A stretch of 64,000 nucleotides of DNA from Abditibacteriaceae bacterium (GTDB taxonomy: Bacteria; Armatimonadota; Abditibacteriia; Abditibacteriales; Abditibacteriaceae), in NCBI GenBank assembly GCA_965277285.1, contig OZ255721.1, positions 2,144,001 to 2,208,000 of the forward strand. The letters are read 5' to 3'. A model generated the notes under the pieces. It did no database searches. It saw only the letters and a program-made list of their open reading frames with translations, and was not told the origin of the DNA. Of this stretch, positions 35,999-45,798 are shown one piece after another (the first letter of the stretch is position 1; each line of letters begins with the position of its first letter). Position numbers and translations under genes: made by a program.

Positions 35999-36511
35999 CT
36001 ACAAAACAGCGGGGTGAATCGCAGACATCAGGTTGCTAAACGCTTCGATCTGGTTGCGTTCCGCACGTTGCACGGTTTGATAACGCGGCTGCCAACCCGT
36101 CGTCTGCAAATTGAATTTCGCAAACGTTCCCGTCACATTGGACCCGCGGCGTGACAAGTAAAACATCATCAAAGGCTGCGCGAAATCGTGCTTTGCGAGT
36201 ACTCGAATCGCGCGAAAAAGCTGCGCCAGTGAAACGTTGAAAAATGGCGGGTCGCAGATAATAACGCCATACTTTTCGCCCGTCCATTCAGGCCGATACA
36301 AATCGTAGGAACGAAAACCCGCGATATCCGCAAAACGCGGATCGCTATCCAAAATGCGCGTTTCGATTCCACGATTCACCAATTTGCGCCCCAGCATTGG
36401 GCAACACAAACAACACGGCAATGCGAAATTGTTTTCCATTACGAAATCGGCCAAATGCGCAATTGTCGCGTCGTCGAAAAAGTATTGTTCGTTCTCGTGA
36501 AGTTCGTACAT
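35999..36511 (-). CDS. Small SAM-dependent methyltransferase, N6-adenineMlase (EEF1AKMT1/ZCCHC4-like) type
   Basis: 'EQYFFD..T', 'CLCCP.L', 'LD.D.RF', 'YDL', 'IICDPPF'. Confidence 0.6.
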   Translation of the reverse strand: MYELHENEQYFFDDATIAHLADFVMENNFALPCCLCCPMLGRKLVNRGIETRILDSDPRFADIAGFRSYDLYRPEWTGEKYGVIICDPPFFNVSLAQLFRAIRVLAKHDFAQPLMMFYLSRRGSNVTGTFAKFNLQTTGWQPRYQTVQRAERNQIEAFSNLMSAIHPAVL

Positions 36512-36524
36512 TAATCAAATTAAC

Positions 36525-36591
36525 GAACCCCAAGCGTCAGGGCGGGGCTGAAATAACTCTCACTTCAGCCCCACGCTGACGCTTGGGGTTC
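36525..36591. repeat. REP-like GC-rich palindrome downstream of hflX
   Basis: GAACCCCAAGCGTCAG-GGCGGGGCTGAA...TTCAGCCCCACG-CTGACGCTTGGGGTTC. Confidence 0.7.
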
Positions 36592-36599
36592 TGGTTGCA

Positions 36600-38039
36600 T
36601 CAAGCCACGCGCAAAACTTTGTTCTTCGCAATACCCAATTTTTCGCGCCAGCGTGGAGCAATTCGCGCACGCACATGAACGCGCGGCGCCTGTCCATCTT
36701 TGCCTTCGCTCCAATCTTCGCCCAAAATGCGCCCGTGATGCGCCAAATCGGCCAGCATCTTTCCAGTTTCGAGCGCCGCAGCGTCCAGCGAAAGCGCGAT
36801 TTCCTCATCGCCCGCTTCCAATGTTTGCTTCATTCTTTCGCGCAAAGCGTCCAAGCCTTCGCTGGTCAAAGCGGACGTAAAAATCGCGTCGGGATGACGA
36901 AAACGCAGAACTTCGCGCGCTTCGTCGTCCAGCAAATCGCACTGATTCAAGACCAAAATTTGCGGCGTTTGCGCGACTTTCAATTCTTCGAGTACGCGAC
37001 GCACCGAAGTCAATTTGTCGTCCAGTTCTTTGTCGGCGGCGTTTCCGACCAGAAGCAGGAAATCGGCGTCGCGCACTTCGGCCAAAGTCGAATGAAAACT
37101 TTCCACCAGATAATGCGGCAACTTGCGTACGAAACCGACGGTGTCGCTCAATAAAACATCGCGCCCGCCGCCCAATTGCACGCGCCGCGTCGAAGCGCCC
37201 AAAGTCGCAAAAAGTTGGTCGGCAACCAGAACGCCATCGCCGGTCGGACGACTGAGCGCATTCAACAACGCGCTTTTGCCGACGTTGGTATAACCGACCA
37301 GCGCGCCGGTTTCGTAATCGCGGCGCGAGGCGGACGCAATGGCGTTTTGCTTGCGGATTTCGCCCAGTTGTTTTTCCAAAAGCGCCACGCGTTCTCCGGC
37401 CAGGCGGCGGTCGGTTTCGAGCTGCGTTTCGCCCGGGCCGCGCAAGCCGATGCCGCCGCCGATACGCGATAAGTGCGTCCACATTCGCTTCAATCGCGGC
37501 AGTTGATAGCGCAGTTGCGCCAGTTCGACTTGCAATTTCGCCTGTCGCGTTTGGGCGCGTCGCGCGAAAATATCCAAGATCAGTTCGGTGCGGTCGATGA
37601 CGCGCACTTTGAGAATATTTTCCAGGTTGCGGCCTTGCGCGGGCGAAAGTTCGCGGTCAACCACCATCACATCGACGTTTTCGCGCTCGCAAATCTGCTG
37701 AATTTCCTCGACTTTGCCTTTGCCGAACATCGTCGCGGGATGCGGCTTGTCGCGCTTTTGCGAAACGTTGCCGACGACAACGGCATTGGCCGCTTCGCAC
37801 AAACCCGCCAGTTCTTCCAGCGAAGATTCGTCGTCTTCTTGAGAACTCGCGGCGGCGTTTTTCTGAGATCGAGTACTCGAATCGTCGTCTAAGAGAAGTT
37901 GCGCCAGAAGCGCGCGTTCGGGTTCGACGTGCGTGGAAATCAGGCCGCTCTCGTCGCGCGTTTGCGCTTCGTCTTTGCGCGAAGCCAGCGGGTTGTGCTG
38001 CTGCACTTTTTCTAAAATGGCGCGCTTGGTGTCTTTCAT
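36600..38039 (-). CDS. hflX: GTPase HflX
   Basis: 'DRTELILDIFARRA', 'GPGETQLETDRR', 'GYTNVGKS', 'LFATL', 'DTVGF'. Confidence 0.96.
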   Translation of the reverse strand: MKDTKRAILEKVQQHNPLASRKDEAQTRDESGLISTHVEPERALLAQLLLDDDSSTRSQKNAAASSQEDDESSLEELAGLCEAANAVVVGNVSQKRDKPHPATMFGKGKVEEIQQICERENVDVMVVDRELSPAQGRNLENILKVRVIDRTELILDIFARRAQTRQAKLQVELAQLRYQLPRLKRMWTHLSRIGGGIGLRGPGETQLETDRRLAGERVALLEKQLGEIRKQNAIASASRRDYETGALVGYTNVGKSALLNALSRPTGDGVLVADQLFATLGASTRRVQLGGGRDVLLSDTVGFVRKLPHYLVESFHSTLAEVRDADFLLLVGNAADKELDDKLTSVRRVLEELKVAQTPQILVLNQCDLLDDEAREVLRFRHPDAIFTSALTSEGLDALRERMKQTLEAGDEEIALSLDAAALETGKMLADLAHHGRILGEDWSEGKDGQAPRVHVRARIAPRWREKLGIAKNKVLRVA

Positions 38040-38062
38040 ACAGAAAACCTCAACAAAACGAA

Positions 38063-38131
38063 AAAGGATGAAGGATGAGAGATGAAGAATGAAAATCGGC
38101 TTCATCCTTCAAGTTTCATCCTTCATCCTTC
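38063..38131. repeat. Hairpin of heptamer repeats (GGATGAA)n / (TTCATCC)n between tRNA and hflX
   Basis: AAGGATGAAGGATGAGAGATGAAGAATGAA ... TTCATCCTTCAAGTTTCATCCTTCATCCTT. Confidence 0.65.
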
Positions 38132-38137
38132 AAGAAA

Positions 38138-38210
38138 TGGGCCGTGCTGGGGTCGAACCAGCGACCTTGGGATTAAGAGTCCCCTGCTCTACCGACTGAG
38201 CTAACGGCCC
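38138..38210 (-). tRNA. tRNA-Lys (anticodon CTT), CCA not encoded
   Basis: Acceptor stem GGGCCGT/ACGGCCC, D-arm GCTC/GAGC, anticodon loop CTCTTAA, T-arm GCTGG-TTCGACC-CCAGC. Confidence 0.95.
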
Positions 38211-38319
38211 GAAAATTTGCCTCTGCGTCAAATGAACCTTTCCATTTATACCTGAAAGAAGAACGCTTTGCAACCATCTTTTGCAATCATCTAAAGAACC
38301 CGCACGATGAACTATCACC

Positions 38320-38793
38320 TCAAACTGAATCAACGCTTGGCTTTACGCAGCGCAGCAACGTGCGATACCTGCTTTGTCCTTGGGGAAAATTGGCGCCCGC
38401 TTCGTGCCAGACTTTTTCGGGATTCAAGGTCGTCAGACGGACGCGTCGCTGATTGAAATAATCGCCCTCAAGATCAGGGTTTTCGCGCCACTCGTAATCG
38501 CCGATAACTTCAACGACCAGCTCGCGTTTTCCTGTACTCAATATCACCAATTCGCCTTTTTGCATGGTGACATAAAAATCCCACAAACTTGGTCCCATAG
38601 AAGCGGCATTTGGATACTTTGGGTAAATGGGATGCGCACGCAGAACCGCTTTAATCTCTTCAGGAGACTGAAAGTTGTAGGTTCGCAAATCTCCAATTCG
38701 ACCCCAGCCAATCGCAATGCGCTCGTTTTTGCGCATCCATTCCAGCGCGCCTTTTGGGTTCTCGTGATGCGTCATCAATCGCCACGTATTCAT
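38320..38793 (-). CDS. Hypothetical protein resembling the N-terminal domain of Mrr/McrB-type restriction proteins
   Basis: 'IAIGWG.IGDL', 'F...MQKGELVI', 'V.GDYEW', 'RRV' pattern. Confidence 0.5.
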   Translation of the reverse strand: MNTWRLMTHHENPKGALEWMRKNERIAIGWGRIGDLRTYNFQSPEEIKAVLRAHPIYPKYPNAASMGPSLWDFYVTMQKGELVILSTGKRELVVEVIGDYEWRENPDLEGDYFNQRRVRLTTLNPEKVWHEAGANFPQGQSRYRTLLRCVKPSVDSV

Positions 38794-38873
38794 AATTTTC
38801 CTCGCTTGTGCCAATGGTAGCACAGCTTTCGTTACAATAACTTGCGACTTTCCATTCGAGTACTCGATTCCTT

Positions 38874-39557
38874 ATGACAACAGACAACACAACAAAAATT
38901 ACCACGATTCTCTTCGACATGGACGGCGTGATCGCCGATTCCGAACCGCACTGGAGCCAGATCGACACCGAACTTTTGGCGCGTTACGGGCACCTCTACA
39001 CCGACGAGCACAAGCGCAACGTGATGGGCAAAAGTTTCCCGCGCTCTTCCGGCTATTACATCGAAACCTTTGGCCTGCCGATGACAATTCAAGAACTCAC
39101 CGATGAACGCAAAATCATCGCTCTGGGCTATTACACGACGCACATCCAACCGTTTGAACACGCGGTTCGAGTACTCGATTGGCTGCGCGCGCATAATTTA
39201 CGCATTGGATTAGCGACCAGCGCCGACAGTTCCATCGCTTTTCCCTTTCTTGAACGTCACAATTTGCGTGAAAAATTCGATGCGCTGACAACTGGCGAGG
39301 AAGTGACGCACGGAAAACCGTCGCCTGATATTTATTTGCTGGCCGCGAAAAAACTGGAAGCCGCGTCGCAAAACTGCTTGGTCGTGGAAGATGCTTTAGC
39401 GGGCGTGCAAGCCGGAAAAAGCGCGAGTATGCGCGTCGCCGCAATTCCCGATGCGCACTTTGTCAACCCGCAAGATTACGTTGGATTTGCCGATTTTCTG
39501 TTGGATAATTTGGGCGAATTACCGACGCTGATCGAAAAACTGAACGCTCAAAAATGA
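38874..39557 (+). CDS. HAD-family phosphatase
   Basis: 'FDMDGVIADSE', 'LATS', 'GKPSPDIY', 'VEDALAG'. Confidence 0.92.
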   Translation: MTTDNTTKITTILFDMDGVIADSEPHWSQIDTELLARYGHLYTDEHKRNVMGKSFPRSSGYYIETFGLPMTIQELTDERKIIALGYYTTHIQPFEHAVRVLDWLRAHNLRIGLATSADSSIAFPFLERHNLREKFDALTTGEEVTHGKPSPDIYLLAAKKLEAASQNCLVVEDALAGVQAGKSASMRVAAIPDAHFVNPQDYVGFADFLLDNLGELPTLIEKLNAQK

Positions 39558-39674
39558 AGCGCAGGGAAGCCAAGACGTGGAGAAACGAATCGAGAACTCG
39601 AAACTGCCAGTTTGTCATTCGGAGAGCGTGTATAGGAAAGGCCAGAAAACAACAAAAACACTGAAAAGTAACAC

Positions 39675-39742
39675 TTTGTCATTCTGAGCGCAGCGAAGAA
39701 TCTTATTGCAGTTAGATTCTTCGCTGTGCTCAGAATGACAAA
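39675..39742. repeat. REP-like palindrome, copy 1, nested in a larger inverted-repeat cluster (39600-39805)
   Basis: GTCATTCTGAGCGCAGCGAAGAATCT...AGATTCTTCGCTGTGCTCAGAATGAC; second copy at 63257-63318. Confidence 0.85.
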
Positions 39743-39913
39743 CTGGCAGTTTCAAGCGTTTTCTGGACTTTTCTCGACTTTCTATATAGCCTCTCAGAAC
39801 GACAGAGATACTTTACTGGTGTTTCGTCCAGTCAACACCGTCTCAAAGTGACTCACTGTTACTTTCGAGTACTTGATTCTCTTTTCTCCTGGTGTTCTTT
39901 GTGTCTCGGTGGT

Positions 39914-41059
39914 TCATTTTTCAACCGTGTTCAGCACTTCGACGATTTCATCGACGCGGCTTTTCCAACTGTGTTTTGCGGCTTCGTTTTGGCGGGCTTT
40001 GATTTGTTCATCGTCATCGCTGGCGGCTTCTGCGACGGCGGCGCGGCAGGCTTCGATGAAAGCGTCTTTGCCGGAAGCGATGCGGCACAAGTGCGAAAAA
40101 TCGCGGAATCCCGCCAGATTGGTGCTGACAATTGGCTTGCCCGCAGCGAGATATTCCCACAACTTCAAAGGGTTTAGGCTTTCCGTGAAAGGCGTTTCGA
40201 CGTGCGGCACAATCGCCACATCGAACTCGGACATGACTTGCGGAACTTGCGCGTGTGGCACCACGCCACGCAGTTCGATGTTGCCCTGTGTTTTGAATTT
40301 CTCGGTCGTTTCGGGCGGCAACATATTCGGCCCAACCAGCAAAATGCGGCCTGCGGGAAAGGCGCGCGCCAATTCGAGTACTAAATCGACATCGACGCGA
40401 TCTTCGTGCAACGTTCCCGTGTAGCCGAAAACCGGCGCATTTTTGTCGGCGCGCCGTGCATGATCGACTTCGCTGTAGCGTTCGGTATAAACGCCGTTGG
40501 GAATCAGGGAAATGCGCCGCGCGAGCGGTTTTTTCACGTCGTAAAGATACTGCGAGACGACGATAACGGCATCGGCGCGGCGGCACAGCGATTTATCCTG
40601 CCACGTCACCAGTTGTTTTTCGCGCGCCGATTGCGTGAACTGCGTCCAATCGTCGCCAATGTCATAAATTACGGCGCTTTCGCCCATGCGTCCCATCATG
40701 TGCGCCGTGTAATGCGGGTTCGTCCAGAAAATCGGCTTTGTGATGCCCAGCTTTTTCGCGGCGCGCGCAATGTACCAACGCGCCAATTTTTCGTTCAACA
40801 AGCGGCAAGCGGAAATCGTGTTCGGCAAAAGTTTGGGCGGCTTGATGACGTGGATGTTGGGCGATTCGGGGACATCGGCGGTTTTCTCGAACAAAGCGCG
40901 CCAGTTCCGCTTGCGGATCGCGTGCGAAATATCGCGCGACAGGCCGACATAAAGCAGTTTGTTTTCGGGAAAACGTCGCGCCAGTTCCGCTGCGACGGGC
41001 TGATTGCGCCGCCACATATCGTCCCAGTCTTCCATTGCGACAAAGATAAAATCAGGCAT
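39914..41059 (-). CDS. Glycosyltransferase (GT-B, TuaH-like)
   Basis: 'W.R.Q', 'IYDIGDDW', 'GYTGTL', 'NPLKLWEYLAAGKPIVST'. Confidence 0.88.
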   Translation of the reverse strand: MPDFIFVAMEDWDDMWRRNQPVAAELARRFPENKLLYVGLSRDISHAIRKRNWRALFEKTADVPESPNIHVIKPPKLLPNTISACRLLNEKLARWYIARAAKKLGITKPIFWTNPHYTAHMMGRMGESAVIYDIGDDWTQFTQSAREKQLVTWQDKSLCRRADAVIVVSQYLYDVKKPLARRISLIPNGVYTERYSEVDHARRADKNAPVFGYTGTLHEDRVDVDLVLELARAFPAGRILLVGPNMLPPETTEKFKTQGNIELRGVVPHAQVPQVMSEFDVAIVPHVETPFTESLNPLKLWEYLAAGKPIVSTNLAGFRDFSHLCRIASGKDAFIEACRAAVAEAASDDDEQIKARQNEAAKHSWKSRVDEIVEVLNTVEK

Positions 41060-41083
41060 AAAAAGTCGGATTCGAGTACTCGA

Positions 41084-42232
41084 TTACGGTTTCGTTGGTT
41101 GCAAAACCGAATCATAGATTTCCAGATATTGCTCGGCGATGTGCGGCCATCCAAAGTTCTGCGCGCGCTCACGTCCAGCTTCTCCCAAGCGCAGACGCAA
41201 CGCTTCGTCGTTCGCCAAGCGTGTCATTTGCGCCGCGAGATCGGCCACGTTGCCGCCTTCAAACAAAAGTCCCGTTTGATCGCGCAAGACGATTTCCGGC
41301 ACGCCGTCCACATTCGCCGCGAGAACCGCTTTGTCCGCGATCATCGCTTCCAAGTTGACAATTCCCTGCGGTTCCTGGCGCGACGGCAAAACGAAAAACG
41401 TGCAGCCTTTGAAGAGGGAAACCGCCGTCGGACGCTCTGCGCGGCCCAAAAACAAAACTCGTTTTTCCAGCCCGCGCTCGCGCACCAGAGTTTCCAAGCG
41501 CTCGCGCTCGGCACCTTCGCCGGCCAGCAAAATATCGTAATCGTTCAACTTCGCCTGCGCGAAAGCTTCGATTAAAAGGTCGAAACCTTTGTTTGGAACA
41601 AGTCGGCCAATGCCCAGAATATAAGGTCGCGGATGCGCGTACGGTTTTGCGCCGTCAAAATCCGTCGTTTCGATGCCGTTGTAGACGACGCGCGCGCGTG
41701 TGCCGAAAGGCGTGCCGAAAAACTGCTCCAAGTCTTCCAGCGTGTGGCGCGAACACGCGGTGATGAAGCTGGCGCGACGCAGCAAAGCGCGCATCGTCGC
41801 GTTCATAAACGGCGAACGCTGATACAATCCCGTTGCATCAATGGTGCGTTCGCCTTGCGTCGTCACGACAAGCGGCAAATGAGTCGTATCATATGCCAAC
41901 TGCGCGTAATAACCGTTCGAGCTGACGCATTGCACATGAAGCAATTCCGTTTCGTGCTTTTTTAATGTGCTCAGGATTTCGCGGCGTATGCGCGAATGCG
42001 ACAAAAAATGGCGCAATCGCGTCCGCGCCGGGCCTTCGGGAATGCGCATCGGGAAGCGATACAACGGCGTGCCTTCATATTCTTCGTAAGACGGCAAATT
42101 GGGCGGCCATTGATTGGTGATGACAATGCACTTGTGCCCTTTGACGCGATAAGCGCGCGCCAGTTGACGCACCAATTCCTCGACGCCGCCGACGTGCGGA
42201 TAAAATGCGCTGGCAAAAATTGCAATGTTCAT
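41084..42232 (-). CDS. Glycosyltransferase family 4
   Basis: 'PHVGGVE', 'GRLVPNKG', 'EPQGIVNLEAM'. Confidence 0.9.
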   Translation of the reverse strand: MNIAIFASAFYPHVGGVEELVRQLARAYRVKGHKCIVITNQWPPNLPSYEEYEGTPLYRFPMRIPEGPARTRLRHFLSHSRIRREILSTLKKHETELLHVQCVSSNGYYAQLAYDTTHLPLVVTTQGERTIDATGLYQRSPFMNATMRALLRRASFITACSRHTLEDLEQFFGTPFGTRARVVYNGIETTDFDGAKPYAHPRPYILGIGRLVPNKGFDLLIEAFAQAKLNDYDILLAGEGAERERLETLVRERGLEKRVLFLGRAERPTAVSLFKGCTFFVLPSRQEPQGIVNLEAMIADKAVLAANVDGVPEIVLRDQTGLLFEGGNVADLAAQMTRLANDEALRLRLGEAGRERAQNFGWPHIAEQYLEIYDSVLQPTKP

Positions 42233-42288
42233 ACAAATAAAGCTCGTCAAACGCGTATCGAGTACTCAATTCCATTTCGGAAGCTCAA

Positions 42289-43317
42289 TCACACATCATT
42301 CGGGTCGTCGCCGCGATAAACCGCTTCATATTGAGCGCAAACGCGATCCCAACTAAAATCCTGCGCGCGCAGCAAACCCGCTTCGCGGAAATAATTGCGC
42401 CGGTTTTCATCCGTCAACAATTGCACCAGATTGTCCGCCAACTTGTCGTCCGAGGATAAAACGCCATAGCGTCCGTTTTGCGTGACTTCGGTGGCGCCAT
42501 CGTTTGGGCTGGCGACAACCGGCGTGCCGCTCGCCATCGCTTCGATGTAAGGCACGCCGAAACCTTCATACGAGCTGGGCAGGCAAAACACCCAGGCGCG
42601 CCGATAAAGATCGGTCAAAGTTTCATACGGCACGCGACCGAACCAGCGCACGCCATCGCCTTCGATTTCTTCTTCGCAGACTGCCCAAAACTCGGCACTC
42701 GGGACGCGCGGGCGAATTTCGTTTTTGAACTTTTCCAGCAACATCGCGCCGCGCTTGCGCCCGTGCATCGTGCCGACAAAAAGTATCGTTGGGTTTTCCG
42801 CTTTGTCGTCGGTCGGCGCGAACTCCGCGACGTTGACGCCATTTGGAATCACGTAATTGATGCGCGGAATGTAGCGTTTGGTAATCGACGAAACCGTAGT
42901 GTTGGCATCGCCCAGAAAGCAGCTTTCGTATTCGCAAAGCGCGAGCGCGAACATCCAGCCTTTGACTTTGAGGCTTGTCGCATGAAGCATTTCCGCCCAC
43001 AACGAGCCGTGATAAGTGTGAACGTGGCGCGGTCGCTTGCAGCCCCACAAAAACCAATCGTCGCCGTGCGCGTTCAAGACATCGAAGCGCGTCCAATCGT
43101 AATGACGCAAATTCCAGCAAAAATTGAAGGTGCGAAAGCGGCGTCCCGACGGCACCACAACAGTTTCGTACAAAGCATCTTCGCTGTGTCCCGTTTGACT
43201 AAAAACTGTGACGCGATGGCCGCGCTTGGTCAGCTCGTTCGCCAAATAATGCACGACGTAGCCGACACCAATTTTGCTGCCGGACGGCAAATACATCGAA
43301 GTAATGGCGATATTCAT
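42289..43317 (-). CDS. Glycosyltransferase family 4
   Basis: 'PSSYEGFGVPYIEAMASGTPVV'. Confidence 0.9.
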   Translation of the reverse strand: MNIAITSMYLPSGSKIGVGYVVHYLANELTKRGHRVTVFSQTGHSEDALYETVVVPSGRRFRTFNFCWNLRHYDWTRFDVLNAHGDDWFLWGCKRPRHVHTYHGSLWAEMLHATSLKVKGWMFALALCEYESCFLGDANTTVSSITKRYIPRINYVIPNGVNVAEFAPTDDKAENPTILFVGTMHGRKRGAMLLEKFKNEIRPRVPSAEFWAVCEEEIEGDGVRWFGRVPYETLTDLYRRAWVFCLPSSYEGFGVPYIEAMASGTPVVASPNDGATEVTQNGRYGVLSSDDKLADNLVQLLTDENRRNYFREAGLLRAQDFSWDRVCAQYEAVYRGDDPNDV

Positions 43318-43370
43318 AAAACAAGAAGGGAAATCGAGTACTCGATGACGATTTTTCTCATCATCTATAT

Positions 43371-44255
43371 CTATTTTTTGCGCAACGCGAACGACAGCAA
43401 CGATTGCGCCACAAAAACCGGCGAGTGACGTAACGCGAAATTCCAATGCGGTAAGGCGCCCAAGAAATCGCGGTGTCGCACGCTTTCGCGCACGCGGTCA
43501 AAACCTTGCGAGCCGTAAACACGCGCGATTTTTCTTTGTCCCTCGCGCGCGGCGACCTGAGCACGGCGGTCGTTATTTTTAATTGCGGCCAGACGATGTT
43601 TTTCCAAGATGTTATTGCTGGCGGCGAACATTACTTCATAATTCAATGACATATTTGTGCCGTGAATTCGATATAACATCAGAATTTCATCAATGCCCGC
43701 GATGGGAAAAAAACGTGCGATGCGCAGCCACATTTCGTAATCGTCGCAGGGCGCGGCCAACGCATCGAAGCCGCCCACGTCTTGCAAAACTGTGCGCCGC
43801 ACCATGACGGAACTAACGCCGACACCGCAGCCATCGAGCAGCCACAAATAAGTGTTCATCAGGCCGCCGTAGCCGTGATTGATGCGACGATTTTCGCCAT
43901 CCACCATTTCAAACTGCGTGTGACACAAGCCCAGCTTTGGGTCGCTTTGCATCACTTCCAGTTGGCGCGCCAGCTTTTGCGGCAGCCATTCGTCGTCGGC
44001 ATCCAAAAACGCTACGAACTCGCCGCTGCTTTGCGTGATGGCCGCATTGCGCGCGACAGATTGTCCCTTGTTTTCCTGGCGGAGAACCCGAATGCGCGCA
44101 TCCCATTCGCCAAAGGGTAACAAGGCTTCGGTCGAACCATCGTCCATGATAACTATTTCCCAGTCTTCAAAAGTTTGCGCCAGGACAGAACGCACCGCGA
44201 TTTCCAGAAAACGCCCCGGATTGAAAGCTGGGATGATCACGCTGATAAGTGCCAT
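43371..44255 (-). CDS. Glycosyltransferase family 2
   Basis: 'ISVIIPAFN', 'DDGST', 'FLDADD'; start set at MALISV. Confidence 0.92.
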   Translation of the reverse strand: MALISVIIPAFNPGRFLEIAVRSVLAQTFEDWEIVIMDDGSTEALLPFGEWDARIRVLRQENKGQSVARNAAITQSSGEFVAFLDADDEWLPQKLARQLEVMQSDPKLGLCHTQFEMVDGENRRINHGYGGLMNTYLWLLDGCGVGVSSVMVRRTVLQDVGGFDALAAPCDDYEMWLRIARFFPIAGIDEILMLYRIHGTNMSLNYEVMFAASNNILEKHRLAAIKNNDRRAQVAAREGQRKIARVYGSQGFDRVRESVRHRDFLGALPHWNFALRHSPVFVAQSLLSFALRKK

Positions 44256-44346
44256 AATAAATTTGGATGAACGGCAACGCAATAGCAACAAAAAGAGGAG
44301 CGCGCACTCGATTCTTACGAGGAAATTGAGTGCGCGCTCTTTTCGC

Positions 44347-45414
44347 TTATTTTCCGTCCTTGATGGTGGATTTGCGTGGCGAAATGATCGTTCCGTCAAA
44401 GATCGCGGCGTTCGAGCGCACATCGCAATCGAAACCGACAATCGAACGCACCAGGTGCGTGTGCGGTTCGACGACGGAACGCGCCCACAAAATCGAATGC
44501 GAAACGTGCGCATCGTGGCCGATGACGCAACTTTCGCCCAAAACAGAACGCGCTTCGACTGTCGCATTCGCGCCGATGACGCAACGCGGCCCGATGACGC
44601 ATGGCGCTTCAATTTTTGCGCTTGCGTGAATGTCGCAATCGTGGCCGATCCACAAGCCGTCGCCCGAGGTTGGAATGTTGATTTCGATTTCGGATTCGCC
44701 GGAGAAAAAGTCGTCGTGGCTTTCACGATATTCGCGCAAATTACCGACATCGCGCCAGTAATCATCGGTCGCAAAACCGTAAAACGGCGCTTTTTGCTCC
44801 AGCAAAGCCGGAAATAATTCCTTGCCGAAATCATAAAACTGGCCGGATGGAATCAAATCGAGAATTTGCGGCTCGAACAAGTAAACACCGGTATTGACGA
44901 GGTTGCTGGGCGCGGTTCCGGGCGCTGGTTTTTCGACAAAGCGCGTGATTTTCTCGCCGCGCCCCAAAACTACCACGCCAAATTGCGAAGGGTCTTGCAC
45001 CGTCGCCAGAGCAATTGTCGCCATGGCTTTTTTCGCTTTGTGAAACTTCAACATCGCGCTCAAGTCGATGTTCGTCAGGTCATCGCCGCCGACCACGGCA
45101 AAGGTTTCTTTTGGCTGAAAAAAATCGAATTGCTCGGCCACGCGCTTAACGCCGCCCGCCGTGCCCATCAGCTTGGCTTCGCGGTTGAACGTCATGTGCG
45201 CGCCCAGCGAGCGGCCATCGTTGAAATAACCTTCGATTTGATCGGCCAGATAATGTGTGTTGGCGACAATATCCGTGAAACCGTGCTGCACCAAAAGCTG
45301 CACGATATGTTCCATCACGGGCTGATTGACAATCGGAACCATTGGCTTGGGCACGTTGCGCGTCAAAGGATCGAGCCGGCTGCCGACACCGGCGGCTAAA
45401 ATCATCGCTTTCAA
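44347..45414 (-). CDS. NDP-sugar pyrophosphorylase (mannose-1-phosphate guanylyltransferase-like)
   Basis: 'AMILAAGVGSRL.PLT...PKPM', 'GTAGGV', 'FVEKP', C-terminal hexapeptide repeats; TTG start with GAGGAG RBS. Confidence 0.9.
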   Translation of the reverse strand: MKAMILAAGVGSRLDPLTRNVPKPMVPIVNQPVMEHIVQLLVQHGFTDIVANTHYLADQIEGYFNDGRSLGAHMTFNREAKLMGTAGGVKRVAEQFDFFQPKETFAVVGGDDLTNIDLSAMLKFHKAKKAMATIALATVQDPSQFGVVVLGRGEKITRFVEKPAPGTAPSNLVNTGVYLFEPQILDLIPSGQFYDFGKELFPALLEQKAPFYGFATDDYWRDVGNLREYRESHDDFFSGESEIEINIPTSGDGLWIGHDCDIHASAKIEAPCVIGPRCVIGANATVEARSVLGESCVIGHDAHVSHSILWARSVVEPHTHLVRSIVGFDCDVRSNAAIFDGTIISPRKSTIKDGK

Positions 45415-45798
45415 AAGGAAACTCCTCAGATAATTCAAAAGTGCGGCACAACGCTGGAACCGTTTAACAACGAAACAGCATAGCCAGACACGCAAAAGTT
45501 GCACCACAAAAGATGCAACTTTGAAACGCTTCTCACTTTATCAAATTGGCGTGCCTTCGCCGAACGCTTTATTAGGTACAACACGCGTATCGAGTACTCG
45601 ATACGCGTAAAAAACTGTTTTGCAACGTGTCAAAGCCAGGAACACGGAACTTGGTCACACGAATGGAACAGATCAAAAAAGAACCGAGTTGTCAACGTGG
45701 TGGCGCATCGAATATGCCAATACATCTGTCTATCCGCGCAACAAAGTTCCGTGTTGCCTTTTTACGTCCGATTTCCAAAAATAGTTTTGCAAGTGAAT

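Noticed and set aside
38138..38210. tRNA-Lys as integration site of the island
   Set aside because: No duplicated tRNA 3' end seen; the element boundaries map to comM
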